Assembly (NCBI GenBank): GCA_051745145.1
Contig: JBNJDT010000040.1
Span: forward strand, 1 to 14,074
DNA length: 14,074 bases
Direction of reading: 5' to 3'
Source: Elusimicrobiota bacterium
GTDB taxonomy: Bacteria > CG03 > SLGR01 > JAGXOG01
The translations under genes were made by a program, and so were the position numbers. Below the pieces are notes generated by a model, which was given only the letters and a program-made list of their open reading frames with translations, did not search any database and was not told the DNA's origin. Of the stretch, positions 1 through 8,337 are shown piece by piece; the stretch's first letter is position 1; every line of letters begins with the position of its first letter.

Positions 1-192
1 CCCGTTTTTATCTTTTAAGATTACTTTTATCCCGGGGCCGTCCAGATTTTTTAATATATCCCTGGTCCCGTCCGTTGAGGCATCATCCACAACTACTATT
101 TCCTTATCAACGGGTACGGATTCTACTTTATCAATAACTTCTTTTACCGTATCCTCTTCATTATACGCCGGAATTACAACTGATAATTTCAT
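1..192 (-). CDS. Glycosyltransferase family 2, DPM1/ArnC-like polyprenyl-phosphate sugar synthase (N-terminal part only, runs off window)
   Basis: Not in the ORF track; translated by hand from ATG at 192: MKLSVVIPAYNEEDTVKEVIDKVESVPVDKEIVVVDDASTDGTRDILKNLDGPGIKVILKDKNG. Classic GT2 motifs SVVIPAYNE and VVVDDxSTDGT. Starts 4 nt after the upstream TAA; a GAGGAG SD lies in the last codons of the upstream gene. Confidence 0.93.
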   Translation of the reverse strand, partial: MKLSVVIPAYNEEDTVKEVIDKVESVPVDKEIVVVDDASTDGTRDILKNLDGPGIKVILKDKNG

Positions 193-196
193 TTTT

Positions 197-1282
197 TTAT
201 ATTTTCTCCTCAATAAATTCTGTTATCTCTTTTTTAAACCTTTTTTGGGAAAATTCCTCGGCCCGCTTGCGGACAGTTTCTGTCTCAAAATTAATTTTTT
301 CAAATTTTCGGATAACTCTATTTAAATTTTCCGAAGACTGGCGGTTAAAAAACAGTCCTGTTTTTCCCTTAACCACAGACTCGGTGGCTCCCCCTTCATT
401 ATAGGCCAAAACCGGCGACCCGCAGGCCATTGCTTCCACGGGAACTATCCCGAAATCCTCTTTTCCGGGAAAAATTAAAGCCCGGCATCTCCTGTAATTT
501 TTCCTCAGGGTCTCTTTTTCACACCATTCGAAAAATTCTATATTTCCTTTGGCTATCTTTTTTAAATAATTCAGTTCGGGGCCGGACCCGATCACCTTTA
601 ATTTTTTTCCCGACCTGTTAAACGCCTTAACGGCTATATCTACCTTTTTATAGGGGACCATGGAACTTACAACCAGGTAAAAATTCTCCCTTCCCCCTTG
701 ACCGGGAGTATAATAATGTGTATCAACCGGAGGGTAAATTATCCTGGATTCTCTGTTATAATACCTGCTGATCCGGTCCGCGGTGGTCTGAGAATTAGCG
801 ATAAAATAATCTACGTTTTTAGATGTCCACCTGTCTACAAACTGTAGATACGGCCTTACCAGCTTCATGGCCAGGTATACGGGCATGGACTTGGCCGGGG
901 TAAAATAATGGTCAAACATATCCCATATATATCTCATAGGGGAATGGCAGTAGCAGATATGCAGACCGCCTTTGGAAGATTTAACATTTTTAGCCACGCA
1001 GTGGGAAGTAGAAATTACCAGATCATATTTTTTAAGATTTAAGGATTTCACCAGAAGGGGCATAAAGGGTAAAAAATAACGGTAAAACCTGCGCCCGAAA
1101 GGTATGTGCTGCAGCCACGATTTTACTATTTCTCTGTCCTCTATTGTATCCGATACGCTCCCTTTATTGTGTATCATGGTGTATAGGGGAACATCCGGAT
1201 AAATCTCACACAGCTGTTCTAAAACCTTCTCTCCCCCTCTCATCCCCGTAAGCCAGTCCTGTACTAAAGCCTTTTTCATCAC
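197..1282 (-). CDS. Glycosyltransferase family 4, WbaZ-like (probable mannosyltransferase)
   Basis: 361 aa; DWLTGMRGGEKVL, HICYCHSPMRYIWD, IYPPVD and EDFGIVPVEAMA (intact E-X7-E) are typical of the WbaZ-like GT4 subgroup. Start is GTG at 1282 or ATG at 1279, overlapping the upstream TGA (GTGATG). Confidence 0.92.
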   Translation of the reverse strand: MMKKALVQDWLTGMRGGEKVLEQLCEIYPDVPLYTMIHNKGSVSDTIEDREIVKSWLQHIPFGRRFYRYFLPFMPLLVKSLNLKKYDLVISTSHCVAKNVKSSKGGLHICYCHSPMRYIWDMFDHYFTPAKSMPVYLAMKLVRPYLQFVDRWTSKNVDYFIANSQTTADRISRYYNRESRIIYPPVDTHYYTPGQGGRENFYLVVSSMVPYKKVDIAVKAFNRSGKKLKVIGSGPELNYLKKIAKGNIEFFEWCEKETLRKNYRRCRALIFPGKEDFGIVPVEAMACGSPVLAYNEGGATESVVKGKTGLFFNRQSSENLNRVIRKFEKINFETETVRKRAEEFSQKRFKKEITEFIEEKI

Positions 1283-2472
1283 TTTAAATACCCAAGCATT
1301 AATTCTCTCATGTCATTAATATACCTCTCTATTATATATCTATTCTTTATTTCTTCCCGGGCCTTACCGGTGATTTTTAATCTTAATTTTTTGTCTTTAA
1401 GGACTTTCGACGACTGTTTTTTCATATCATCTATATCACCGAGCGGTGATATAAAACCGGTTTTTCCATGAGTAATAATTTCATTTGCCGCATCTATATC
1501 AAAAGCCGCTACCGGCGTTTTTACGGACATCGCCTCCAGTATAACTCCGGGAAGGGCAGAGGGTATTACCGCCGGGAATACAAAAAGATCCATCGCCGAC
1601 ATAATTTCCATAATATCCTCCCGGAAACCGGTAAAAATTATTTTATCTTTCATAGGACTTTTACTTACTTCACTTTTTAGACCTTCAAAATAATCTTTAC
1701 TGCCGTGCTGGCTGGACCCTACCACTAAAAATTTTGCCCGGGACAGTGAAGGTTCTAATTTTTTGGCCAGCTTTATAAAATTTTTCACCCCCATCTCCGG
1801 TATTATTCTACCCGCTGTTCCGATTAAATATGTATTTTTAGGCCAGTCAAATTCATCTCTCAATTTTTGTCTGCATTTTATTTTATCCAACCGGGGTATT
1901 TTAATTCCGTTAAAGATTATTTCCACTCTCTCTTCATCCACTCCCATATTATAAAAAGGAGCCGCGGCCGATTCGGATACGGGCACAATATGTACTTTAA
2001 AAATTTTTACAAAAATTTTAGTCAGCCACACTCCCAACCAGCTAAAAGACCTTTTGTCTATAATATCCCTTATCCGCCAGATAACCGGTTTATTTGCTAA
2101 AAAACCTATCAGTGCTCCGTAAAAATGGGCTTTAAACGAATTACTGTGTATAAGCTCTATATTATTTTTCCCTACCCACCTGAAAAGGCGGAATATATAC
2201 TTTACTAAACCTAAAAAGACAAAAGCCCAGAAAAACGGGTTAATCTTTACCTTTGTCCGTTTAATTTTTTGAATTCTTTCCGGCAGTTCAATAACTTTCA
2301 CTTCTATATTTTTCTCTTTTGCCCGGTCAACCAGGGCCCCGTTTTCCCCGGAAATAAGTACGGGATTTATTTTCTCTTTACTATTTAATGCCTCTAAAAG
2401 AGTCAGTAACCGCACTTCCGCACCCCCTAATTTAGCGGAATGGTTAAGAAAAAGTACTCTTTTACCTTTCAA
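1279..2472 (-). CDS. Glycosyltransferase family 4 (GT-B fold) with degenerate donor-binding motifs
   Basis: 397 aa; LGGAE loop, IHSN, IFNGI, FTGFREDI, ILEAM..TPV, IITHGKTG. TTG start with AGGAGGG SD; overlaps the upstream gene by 11 nt. Confidence 0.9.
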   Translation of the reverse strand: MKGKRVLFLNHSAKLGGAEVRLLTLLEALNSKEKINPVLISGENGALVDRAKEKNIEVKVIELPERIQKIKRTKVKINPFFWAFVFLGLVKYIFRLFRWVGKNNIELIHSNSFKAHFYGALIGFLANKPVIWRIRDIIDKRSFSWLGVWLTKIFVKIFKVHIVPVSESAAAPFYNMGVDEERVEIIFNGIKIPRLDKIKCRQKLRDEFDWPKNTYLIGTAGRIIPEMGVKNFIKLAKKLEPSLSRAKFLVVGSSQHGSKDYFEGLKSEVSKSPMKDKIIFTGFREDIMEIMSAMDLFVFPAVIPSALPGVILEAMSVKTPVAAFDIDAANEIITHGKTGFISPLGDIDDMKKQSSKVLKDKKLRLKITGKAREEIKNRYIIERYINDMRELMLGYLK

Positions 2473-3577
2473 GTGCCCTCCTGTATATATTAACTGTATC
2501 TTTGGCTATAGATTTCCAGCTAAATTTCTGTTTTACTCTCTGCCGGCCTTTTTTACTCAATTTCCTCCGTAAATTTTTATTTTCTTTTAATTTAAGAATC
2601 TGTTTTTTAAGGTCCTCCGGCTTGCCTTCAGTAAATATTAAACCCGAATCCCCTATTGTCTTTGGAATTTCACCGCTGGTAGAACCTACGGTAGGAATCC
2701 CGCAGCCCATTGCTTCTATTAAAACCCGCCCGAATCTTTCGTGTTGACCGTCAATTGTTATCGACGGTAATACAAAAATATCCAACGTATTTAAAATTTT
2801 GGGGATTTTTTCCTGAGGCTGCCTGCCCAGCCACTTAATATTTTTATCCACTCCTTTTGCCACGGCAATTCTCTTTAATTTTTCTTTATATTCACCGTCT
2901 CCGGCAATTACAAGTTCCCAGGAAAAATCTACACCCTCTAAAGCTGCAAATAGAGTCTCGACCCCTTTTTGTTCAGTCAACGCCCCTATAAATCCTATCC
3001 TGAATTTACTGTCATCGGAATTCTTCTTTTCAGGTTTAAAATACCCGGTATCCACCCCGTGGGGAACGACCTTAACTTTTTCCGGGGACATACCTTTATG
3101 AAGCAATACTTTTTTAGCGCTTTCGGACCTGGCCAGTACCCGCGAGGCCCGTTTAAAATTATATTTTTCTATCACATTAAAAGGAAAAGGATAACTTTTC
3201 ACTACATTCTGGGATGCATGATAAACAATTTTACTCTTTGGAGAAAATATATCTCTGTAGATAGACATCTGAAGACTTCCCCCGTTAAACGGTTCATCTT
3301 CCAGATCTACAATATCGGGTTTAAAATTCTTCAGTATTTTTTTTAATTGAGATATAAAAACAGCAAAATGCAAATTTGATAAGAATAATACCCGGCCGGT
3401 TTTTATAGGATACTCTTCCTTATCGGGTTTAAAATAAATTTTTTTGTCTCCGGCCCACAGAGTTTTTCTGTAGCGGGGAATTAAAACTTTTAAATCCACG
3501 TATTTAGATATTTCATCACACTTTTTCCTGTACAATTTCTCCAGCAATGATGTATATGAAACCATTAAAACCTTCAA
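2462..3577 (-). CDS. Glycosyltransferase family 4
   Basis: 371 aa; VPHGVD, FIGALTEQKG, DIFVLPS, ERFGRVLIEAMGCG (intact E-X7-E), FSW near the C-terminus. TTG start, with an AAGGAG SD in the end of the upstream gene. Confidence 0.92.
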   Translation of the reverse strand: MKVLMVSYTSLLEKLYRKKCDEISKYVDLKVLIPRYRKTLWAGDKKIYFKPDKEEYPIKTGRVLFLSNLHFAVFISQLKKILKNFKPDIVDLEDEPFNGGSLQMSIYRDIFSPKSKIVYHASQNVVKSYPFPFNVIEKYNFKRASRVLARSESAKKVLLHKGMSPEKVKVVPHGVDTGYFKPEKKNSDDSKFRIGFIGALTEQKGVETLFAALEGVDFSWELVIAGDGEYKEKLKRIAVAKGVDKNIKWLGRQPQEKIPKILNTLDIFVLPSITIDGQHERFGRVLIEAMGCGIPTVGSTSGEIPKTIGDSGLIFTEGKPEDLKKQILKLKENKNLRRKLSKKGRQRVKQKFSWKSIAKDTVNIYRRALER

Positions 3578-3580
3578 GAT

Positions 3581-4552
3581 TTAAATTCTCCTTATAAATT
3601 TATTCCAGCTTATTATCCGATCCTGAATTTTATCAACAAGCGCATCAACCATTTCAAAATCATTTTCTTTTTCCCAGGCCCAGTGAAGAGTTACCGGTAA
3701 AGTTAAACTCACATCAAAAGTTTTATTGTCGAGCTCAGTTATATAGTTTAAGATCTCCTCTGCCCGGCCGTATAACGGAGGATAAGAGGGTAAATACATG
3801 CTTCCATTCAATACAGACGGTGAAATTTTATAACCCATCCAACTTATTGATTCGGGCCCGCCGCATATAATATCAAAATATTTTCCAAGATAATTATATT
3901 CTCTCGGGCTTATAGAATTATACGGAGGTATAAATACTTTAGGATAAATTTTAAATCTATCTAAAATTTCTAAAGCCCGTTCGGTTTTTCTTTTTAACTC
4001 TGAATTATCCAACCCCACCAGTTCCGACTTAACATTTTCATCTAATACTTTGTGGGTAAACCCATGCAGTGCAATCTCTGTATTATTTTTATAAATACTT
4101 TTTAAATAATTACCTTCTTCTTCAGAAATCGGAGAAAAATCTTCTTTGTCCGGATTTTTCGGTTCACTGCACTTTAAGGGAGTAACTCCAAGTAAATACG
4201 GGACATCTTTTGCCTTAAAAATTCTGTGGAATTTTTTGTACTTATTCCAGTTTATGTCCCACCGCGGAAAATCATCCACTCTTATTAAAAACTTTAACCG
4301 GCCGGCATTAGCGTCCGTATCTACTTTACACTCTTTCTTTAATTTAACTACTTTTTCAATAGACGGCGTACAAAGATCAGGCCTTACTTTCTTAACTTTA
4401 GCCACTGCTTTTTTAAGGAAAACATTAGCGGATACATTTAAATTCCAGTCCCTTAAATGCCCCTTGTTTTCAAAACTAAAATCAGATAAATTACACAAAA
4501 ATCTTATAGTTTTTCGAATATCTTTTTTATTTTCTTTGTACTTTTTTTTCAT
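3581..4552 (-). CDS. DUF2334 / CE4 (NodB-like) polysaccharide deacetylase family protein
   Basis: 323 aa; IRVDD (Asp-Asp motif), LGVTP, EIALHGFTH (H-x3-H metal motif), SELVGL, FIPPYN and a late LHW motif. About 85-aa basic N-terminal extension; no hydrophobic signal peptide visible. Confidence 0.8.
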   Translation of the reverse strand: MKKKYKENKKDIRKTIRFLCNLSDFSFENKGHLRDWNLNVSANVFLKKAVAKVKKVRPDLCTPSIEKVVKLKKECKVDTDANAGRLKFLIRVDDFPRWDINWNKYKKFHRIFKAKDVPYLLGVTPLKCSEPKNPDKEDFSPISEEEGNYLKSIYKNNTEIALHGFTHKVLDENVKSELVGLDNSELKRKTERALEILDRFKIYPKVFIPPYNSISPREYNYLGKYFDIICGGPESISWMGYKISPSVLNGSMYLPSYPPLYGRAEEILNYITELDNKTFDVSLTLPVTLHWAWEKENDFEMVDALVDKIQDRIISWNKFIRRI

Positions 4553-4559
4553 ATTTTTC

Positions 4560-6035
4560 TCAATTATCTATATTCTTAAATTTATATAAATACGCTTTCG
4601 CTCCGTAAGAGGTAAAAGAATCTTTTTCAACCCCAAAATTTTCTACATATCTTAAAATATACTCTTTTTCATCCCGGTGAACATGGGAGAATAAGAACCA
4701 CATTCTTCCCTGTTCTATCAAATTATCGATCTGATTTAAATATTTTTGCTTGTCATCTCTTGAAAATACTCCCCAAATATAACTGTCATTTTCCAGATTA
4801 AATCTTTTAGAATAATATTTAAAAGCCGCGGCGGCACCGCAATATACATAAATTTTATCGTTTTCCCTGCGGTTATCTTTAATATATTTTATCACCGGTC
4901 TTATCTCCTCCACTTTGCGGGGATTTATAAACTGCTGCCCCGCTTTTCTTACAGGGGTATAGAATATAGTCCCGGCAATTAATACCCCGGCCGCAAAATG
5001 ATACCCCGATGCTTTTTCTATTATATATTCTGCTGCCGCGGCAGCTATAATTAATACCAGAGGCATTAAAAACAGTATAACTCTTCCTTCAAAAGGATAT
5101 TTACGGAGCGAAGAAGCAAATAAAGTCAAAATAAACGGTAAAATTAAAGTAAATAACAGATTCTTATTTTTTTTGTATATAACAATAGAGCCGGCAGTCA
5201 ACAATACAAGGATCAAAATAGTTGAATTTGTCCCGGCCATGTCCTGAATTTCTTTTAAACCATGGGTATACAGCCAGGTAACATCGGATATCGACCGGGG
5301 GGGAAATGGCCAAAAACTGCTCTTCCAGAAGGATTGCAGATTTTCATTGGCAGTTAAATTTTTCAGAAATGTAAAATAAAAAATGATAAAACTGGATGCC
5401 CAGGTTAAAAAAACAATACCCCAACTTTTTAGTTTTTGCCATTCTTTACCGGATAAAATTTCATAACTTTTCACCAGAGCGTACGAACACAATATGAAGA
5501 CCGCCGGAAAGGAAAACCACAATATAACTGAACCGAATAAAATTACGGCCACTACTTTTAAAAAATCCGGTTTTTCAAAATCCACCCTGGACAGTACATA
5601 AATTATTAGGAGGGCAACTAAAATATCAGTGGAATACTGTTTTAACTCCGCGGAAAACTTTATCGCCTTTTTGGAAACAGCTAAAAGCCCCAAAGCAATA
5701 AGTCCTGCATTTTTATTTACGTATCTTCTGGTTATTTTAAAAATTAAAATTAGAGAAAGGATACCCGATAAAAGTGGGATTAATCTCAATATATATTCTG
5801 AACTCCCCAAAAACTCTACCGGTATCTTAACCAAAGCCTGAAAACCCGGAGGTGCGGCCTGATCGTATTGTAGGGAATCAAATACCCCCCTGTCTAATAT
5901 ATTAAAAGCCAGCATAGCTTCATCAACCCAGAGTGAGCGATTTACAAGATACTGACGGATTCTAAGAATCAATCCAAGAAGAATAAGCCCCGTCCCGAAG
6001 TTAATCTGATATTTATTGCGGCTTATTATCGCCAT
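4560..6035 (-). CDS. GT-C fold membrane glycosyltransferase (ArnT/PMT_2/GT39-like, lipid-phosphate-sugar donor)
   Basis: 491 aa; many hydrophobic helices, first-loop RSLWVDEA motif, QAAPPG, LRLIPLLSG, ELKQYS, and a soluble C-terminal domain. Confidence 0.82.
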   Translation of the reverse strand: MAIISRNKYQINFGTGLILLGLILRIRQYLVNRSLWVDEAMLAFNILDRGVFDSLQYDQAAPPGFQALVKIPVEFLGSSEYILRLIPLLSGILSLILIFKITRRYVNKNAGLIALGLLAVSKKAIKFSAELKQYSTDILVALLIIYVLSRVDFEKPDFLKVVAVILFGSVILWFSFPAVFILCSYALVKSYEILSGKEWQKLKSWGIVFLTWASSFIIFYFTFLKNLTANENLQSFWKSSFWPFPPRSISDVTWLYTHGLKEIQDMAGTNSTILILVLLTAGSIVIYKKNKNLLFTLILPFILTLFASSLRKYPFEGRVILFLMPLVLIIAAAAAEYIIEKASGYHFAAGVLIAGTIFYTPVRKAGQQFINPRKVEEIRPVIKYIKDNRRENDKIYVYCGAAAAFKYYSKRFNLENDSYIWGVFSRDDKQKYLNQIDNLIEQGRMWFLFSHVHRDEKEYILRYVENFGVEKDSFTSYGAKAYLYKFKNIDN

Positions 6036-6058
6036 TTTTTACCCTATACATAATGAAA

Positions 6059-7339
6059 TCAAGAAGCATAAGCTTCTACAACGGCAAAAGTCAACCACAT
6101 AGTTAAGTGTACCCTTATATTCATAAAATAGAGATTCTCTGTCATACCGTGTAAAAATAACGTAGATATCACTAATAAACCTAAAAATTTAACCACGGGT
6201 TTTTCATTTATTATGTATCTTTTAAAAGATGAGAAAAAAAAGAGAAGTAAAAAAAACACTCCCCCGATACCGGTATACCGCCAGGTTTCAAGAAATAAAT
6301 TGTGGGCCGGCTGAACATTACTGTCTCCCGATATTCTCTCATAGGCCTCCCGCCAGTTACTTTCCGCCAGACCGTAACCAAAAACCCATTTTTCTTTAAT
6401 GGTTTCCACGGAATTTTTCCAAATATCTCCCCGCCCCCCCGTAATATTGGAATTAAGCTTTCTTTCCAGTCTGCCTAAAGCTGTTCCCCCGCCGTGCAAA
6501 GTCAAAAAAACAATAAATCCAATCCCTAAAATAATAAGCATTGTTAATCCGGATTTATTAAACCTGATATTCTTATTTATCAAAGCCATTACCACGCCTA
6601 TAAATAACAAAAGTCCCATGATACCGATCCCGGCCGAAGAAGCCGTTGCGGCAACTCCCGCGATAAAAATCCCTATAAAAATAATATCTTTATAGCTGAT
6701 TTTTCTTTTTTGAAATATATTGCCCAGTAAAAAACAGATTATCAGGTTAAAATATATAGCTGCTATATTAACATTGACAAAAAATCCTCCCCCCCTTCCG
6801 TTTTGTAAAATATTATTTCCCGCTGTTTTATCAACAATTCCCTTTAAAGTACCCGGATTAATAAAAAGTTTCATAAAACCGGCTTCAAGTATCTTCATTT
6901 TTAAATCCTGGCTAACAGACTGCAGCAACGCTAAAATAACTATGGGAACTGAAAAGATAACTACTAACTTCATTAATTTAATTAACCGTTTTTTGGGTAT
7001 ATCTGCCAGAATTAAGTAAAAAATCGGTCCCATCCATATAAAAGCATTCAATTTTACCGCATTTTTTACATCAGAAGTAAAAAATACGTGTACCGTAAAA
7101 ACCAGACACAATCCTATAAAATATTTAAAAGGAGAGACGGTTTTAATACGGGTAGTAAATCTATTGAAAAGCTCCGAGGGAATTAAAATACACAAAAGCA
7201 GCAACAACACCATACAGACCGTAATATCAACAGAGCCAAATAAGTTAAAATATAGCTGCAGGGGCAACAGTACCCCCATGGACATAATCGCAACGTCGGT
7301 AATTTTTCTTTTATTCAATTTTTTAATAATTCTGTGCAC
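6059..7339 (-). CDS. O-antigen ligase / Wzy_C family membrane protein (ligase or polymerase)
   Basis: 426 aa polytopic protein; R-x2-G-FF-x-N-x-N, GRGDIW, FGYG and AHNLFLE motifs of the Wzy_C loop. GTG start; GGAGG at 7354-7350; overlaps the GT9 gene by 25 nt. Confidence 0.85.
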   Translation of the reverse strand: MHRIIKKLNKRKITDVAIMSMGVLLPLQLYFNLFGSVDITVCMVLLLLLCILIPSELFNRFTTRIKTVSPFKYFIGLCLVFTVHVFFTSDVKNAVKLNAFIWMGPIFYLILADIPKKRLIKLMKLVVIFSVPIVILALLQSVSQDLKMKILEAGFMKLFINPGTLKGIVDKTAGNNILQNGRGGGFFVNVNIAAIYFNLIICFLLGNIFQKRKISYKDIIFIGIFIAGVAATASSAGIGIMGLLLFIGVVMALINKNIRFNKSGLTMLIILGIGFIVFLTLHGGGTALGRLERKLNSNITGGRGDIWKNSVETIKEKWVFGYGLAESNWREAYERISGDSNVQPAHNLFLETWRYTGIGGVFFLLLFFFSSFKRYIINEKPVVKFLGLLVISTLFLHGMTENLYFMNIRVHLTMWLTFAVVEAYAS

Positions 7340-8337
7340 TCTTTATAAACCTCCTCCACGGTAATATTATCCAAACATTTTTGATTATAGCAATTTATCT
7401 TTTTATTGTAACACGGACTGCATTCAAGTTTTTTGCGAATAAGCCTATACCGGGTATTCCAGGGATGATTTTTCCAGGGTAAAGTGGGACCGAAAATCGC
7501 AGCCACGGGAACTTTAAAAGCCGAAGCTATATGCATTAGACCTGAATCATTGGTTACAAAAAGCCTACACTTTTTAATAAGAGCCGCGGTTTTTTTAAGT
7601 CCAAATTTTCCGACAGCATTCACGGCATCAGATTTCATATAATTTTCCACTTTCTGACTGAGGTCTTCTTCGCCGGGGCCTCCGAAAATAATTATCTTTG
7701 AATTGAATTTTTTATTGAGCTTATCGGCAACCTCCGCAAAACGCTCCGGTGCCCAGCGTTTAATTCTTCCACCGCCAATTTGAGAGCCGGCCCCTGGGTG
7801 AAACCCGAAATATTCTGAACCTGACTCCAAAAAATTATCCGCAAATTTTAGATTTTCATCAGTTAACTTAAATACTGGTTCATTAATAACCTGTTCGCCT
7901 TTTACCGGTTTGAGAAGGTCTAAATTAAGATTTACTTCGTGTTCGTGAGTTCTCAAATCAGTAAGATAATTATAAAAAAATTTCTGCAGCCCTTTCCGAT
8001 ATCCCACCCTTATATAAGCTTTGGTGAGCCATGCGAATACTCCCACCTTAAAACTCCTGTCCAGATAGGAACCGATTACCATATCAATATTTTCCCTCCG
8101 GACTTTTTTTAATACCGTAAAATAATTTTTAGCCTTAGACTTATCCAGGACAATAATTTTATCAACAATATTACTATCTTCTAAAACTGCGCCTGCTTCC
8201 CGGCTGCTGCACAGTAAGGTGATTTCCGCCCCCGGAAATCGGCTGTCCAGGGTCCTTATTACCGGAGTATACAGTACCATATTCCCAATCCCGGTTGTGG
8301 AAATACAGAGTATTTTATTTATACCTCTTTTATTCAT
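7315..8337 (-). CDS. Glycosyltransferase family 9, ADP-heptose:LPS heptosyltransferase-like (WaaF/RfaF-like)
   Basis: 340 aa; GIG(N)MVLYTP, FPGAEITLL, FHPGA...KRW, FVTNDSGLMHIASA, AIFGPT and a C-terminal CSPC motif. Confidence 0.92.
   Translation of the reverse strand: MNKRGINKILCISTTGIGNMVLYTPVIRTLDSRFPGAEITLLCSSREAGAVLEDSNIVDKIIVLDKSKAKNYFTVLKKVRRENIDMVIGSYLDRSFKVGVFAWLTKAYIRVGYRKGLQKFFYNYLTDLRTHEHEVNLNLDLLKPVKGEQVINEPVFKLTDENLKFADNFLESGSEYFGFHPGAGSQIGGGRIKRWAPERFAEVADKLNKKFNSKIIIFGGPGEEDLSQKVENYMKSDAVNAVGKFGLKKTAALIKKCRLFVTNDSGLMHIASAFKVPVAAIFGPTLPWKNHPWNTRYRLIRKKLECSPCYNKKINCYNQKCLDNITVEEVYKECTELLKN

Noticed and set aside
5297..6440. G7 (5297-5303) and C7 (6434-6440) tracts, plus A8/T8 runs, as phase-variation sites
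   Set aside because: Shorter than typical contingency tracts, both genes are in frame, and the runs are explained by Pro-Pro-Arg and Gly-Gly codons or AT richness. Read-level length variation would be needed.
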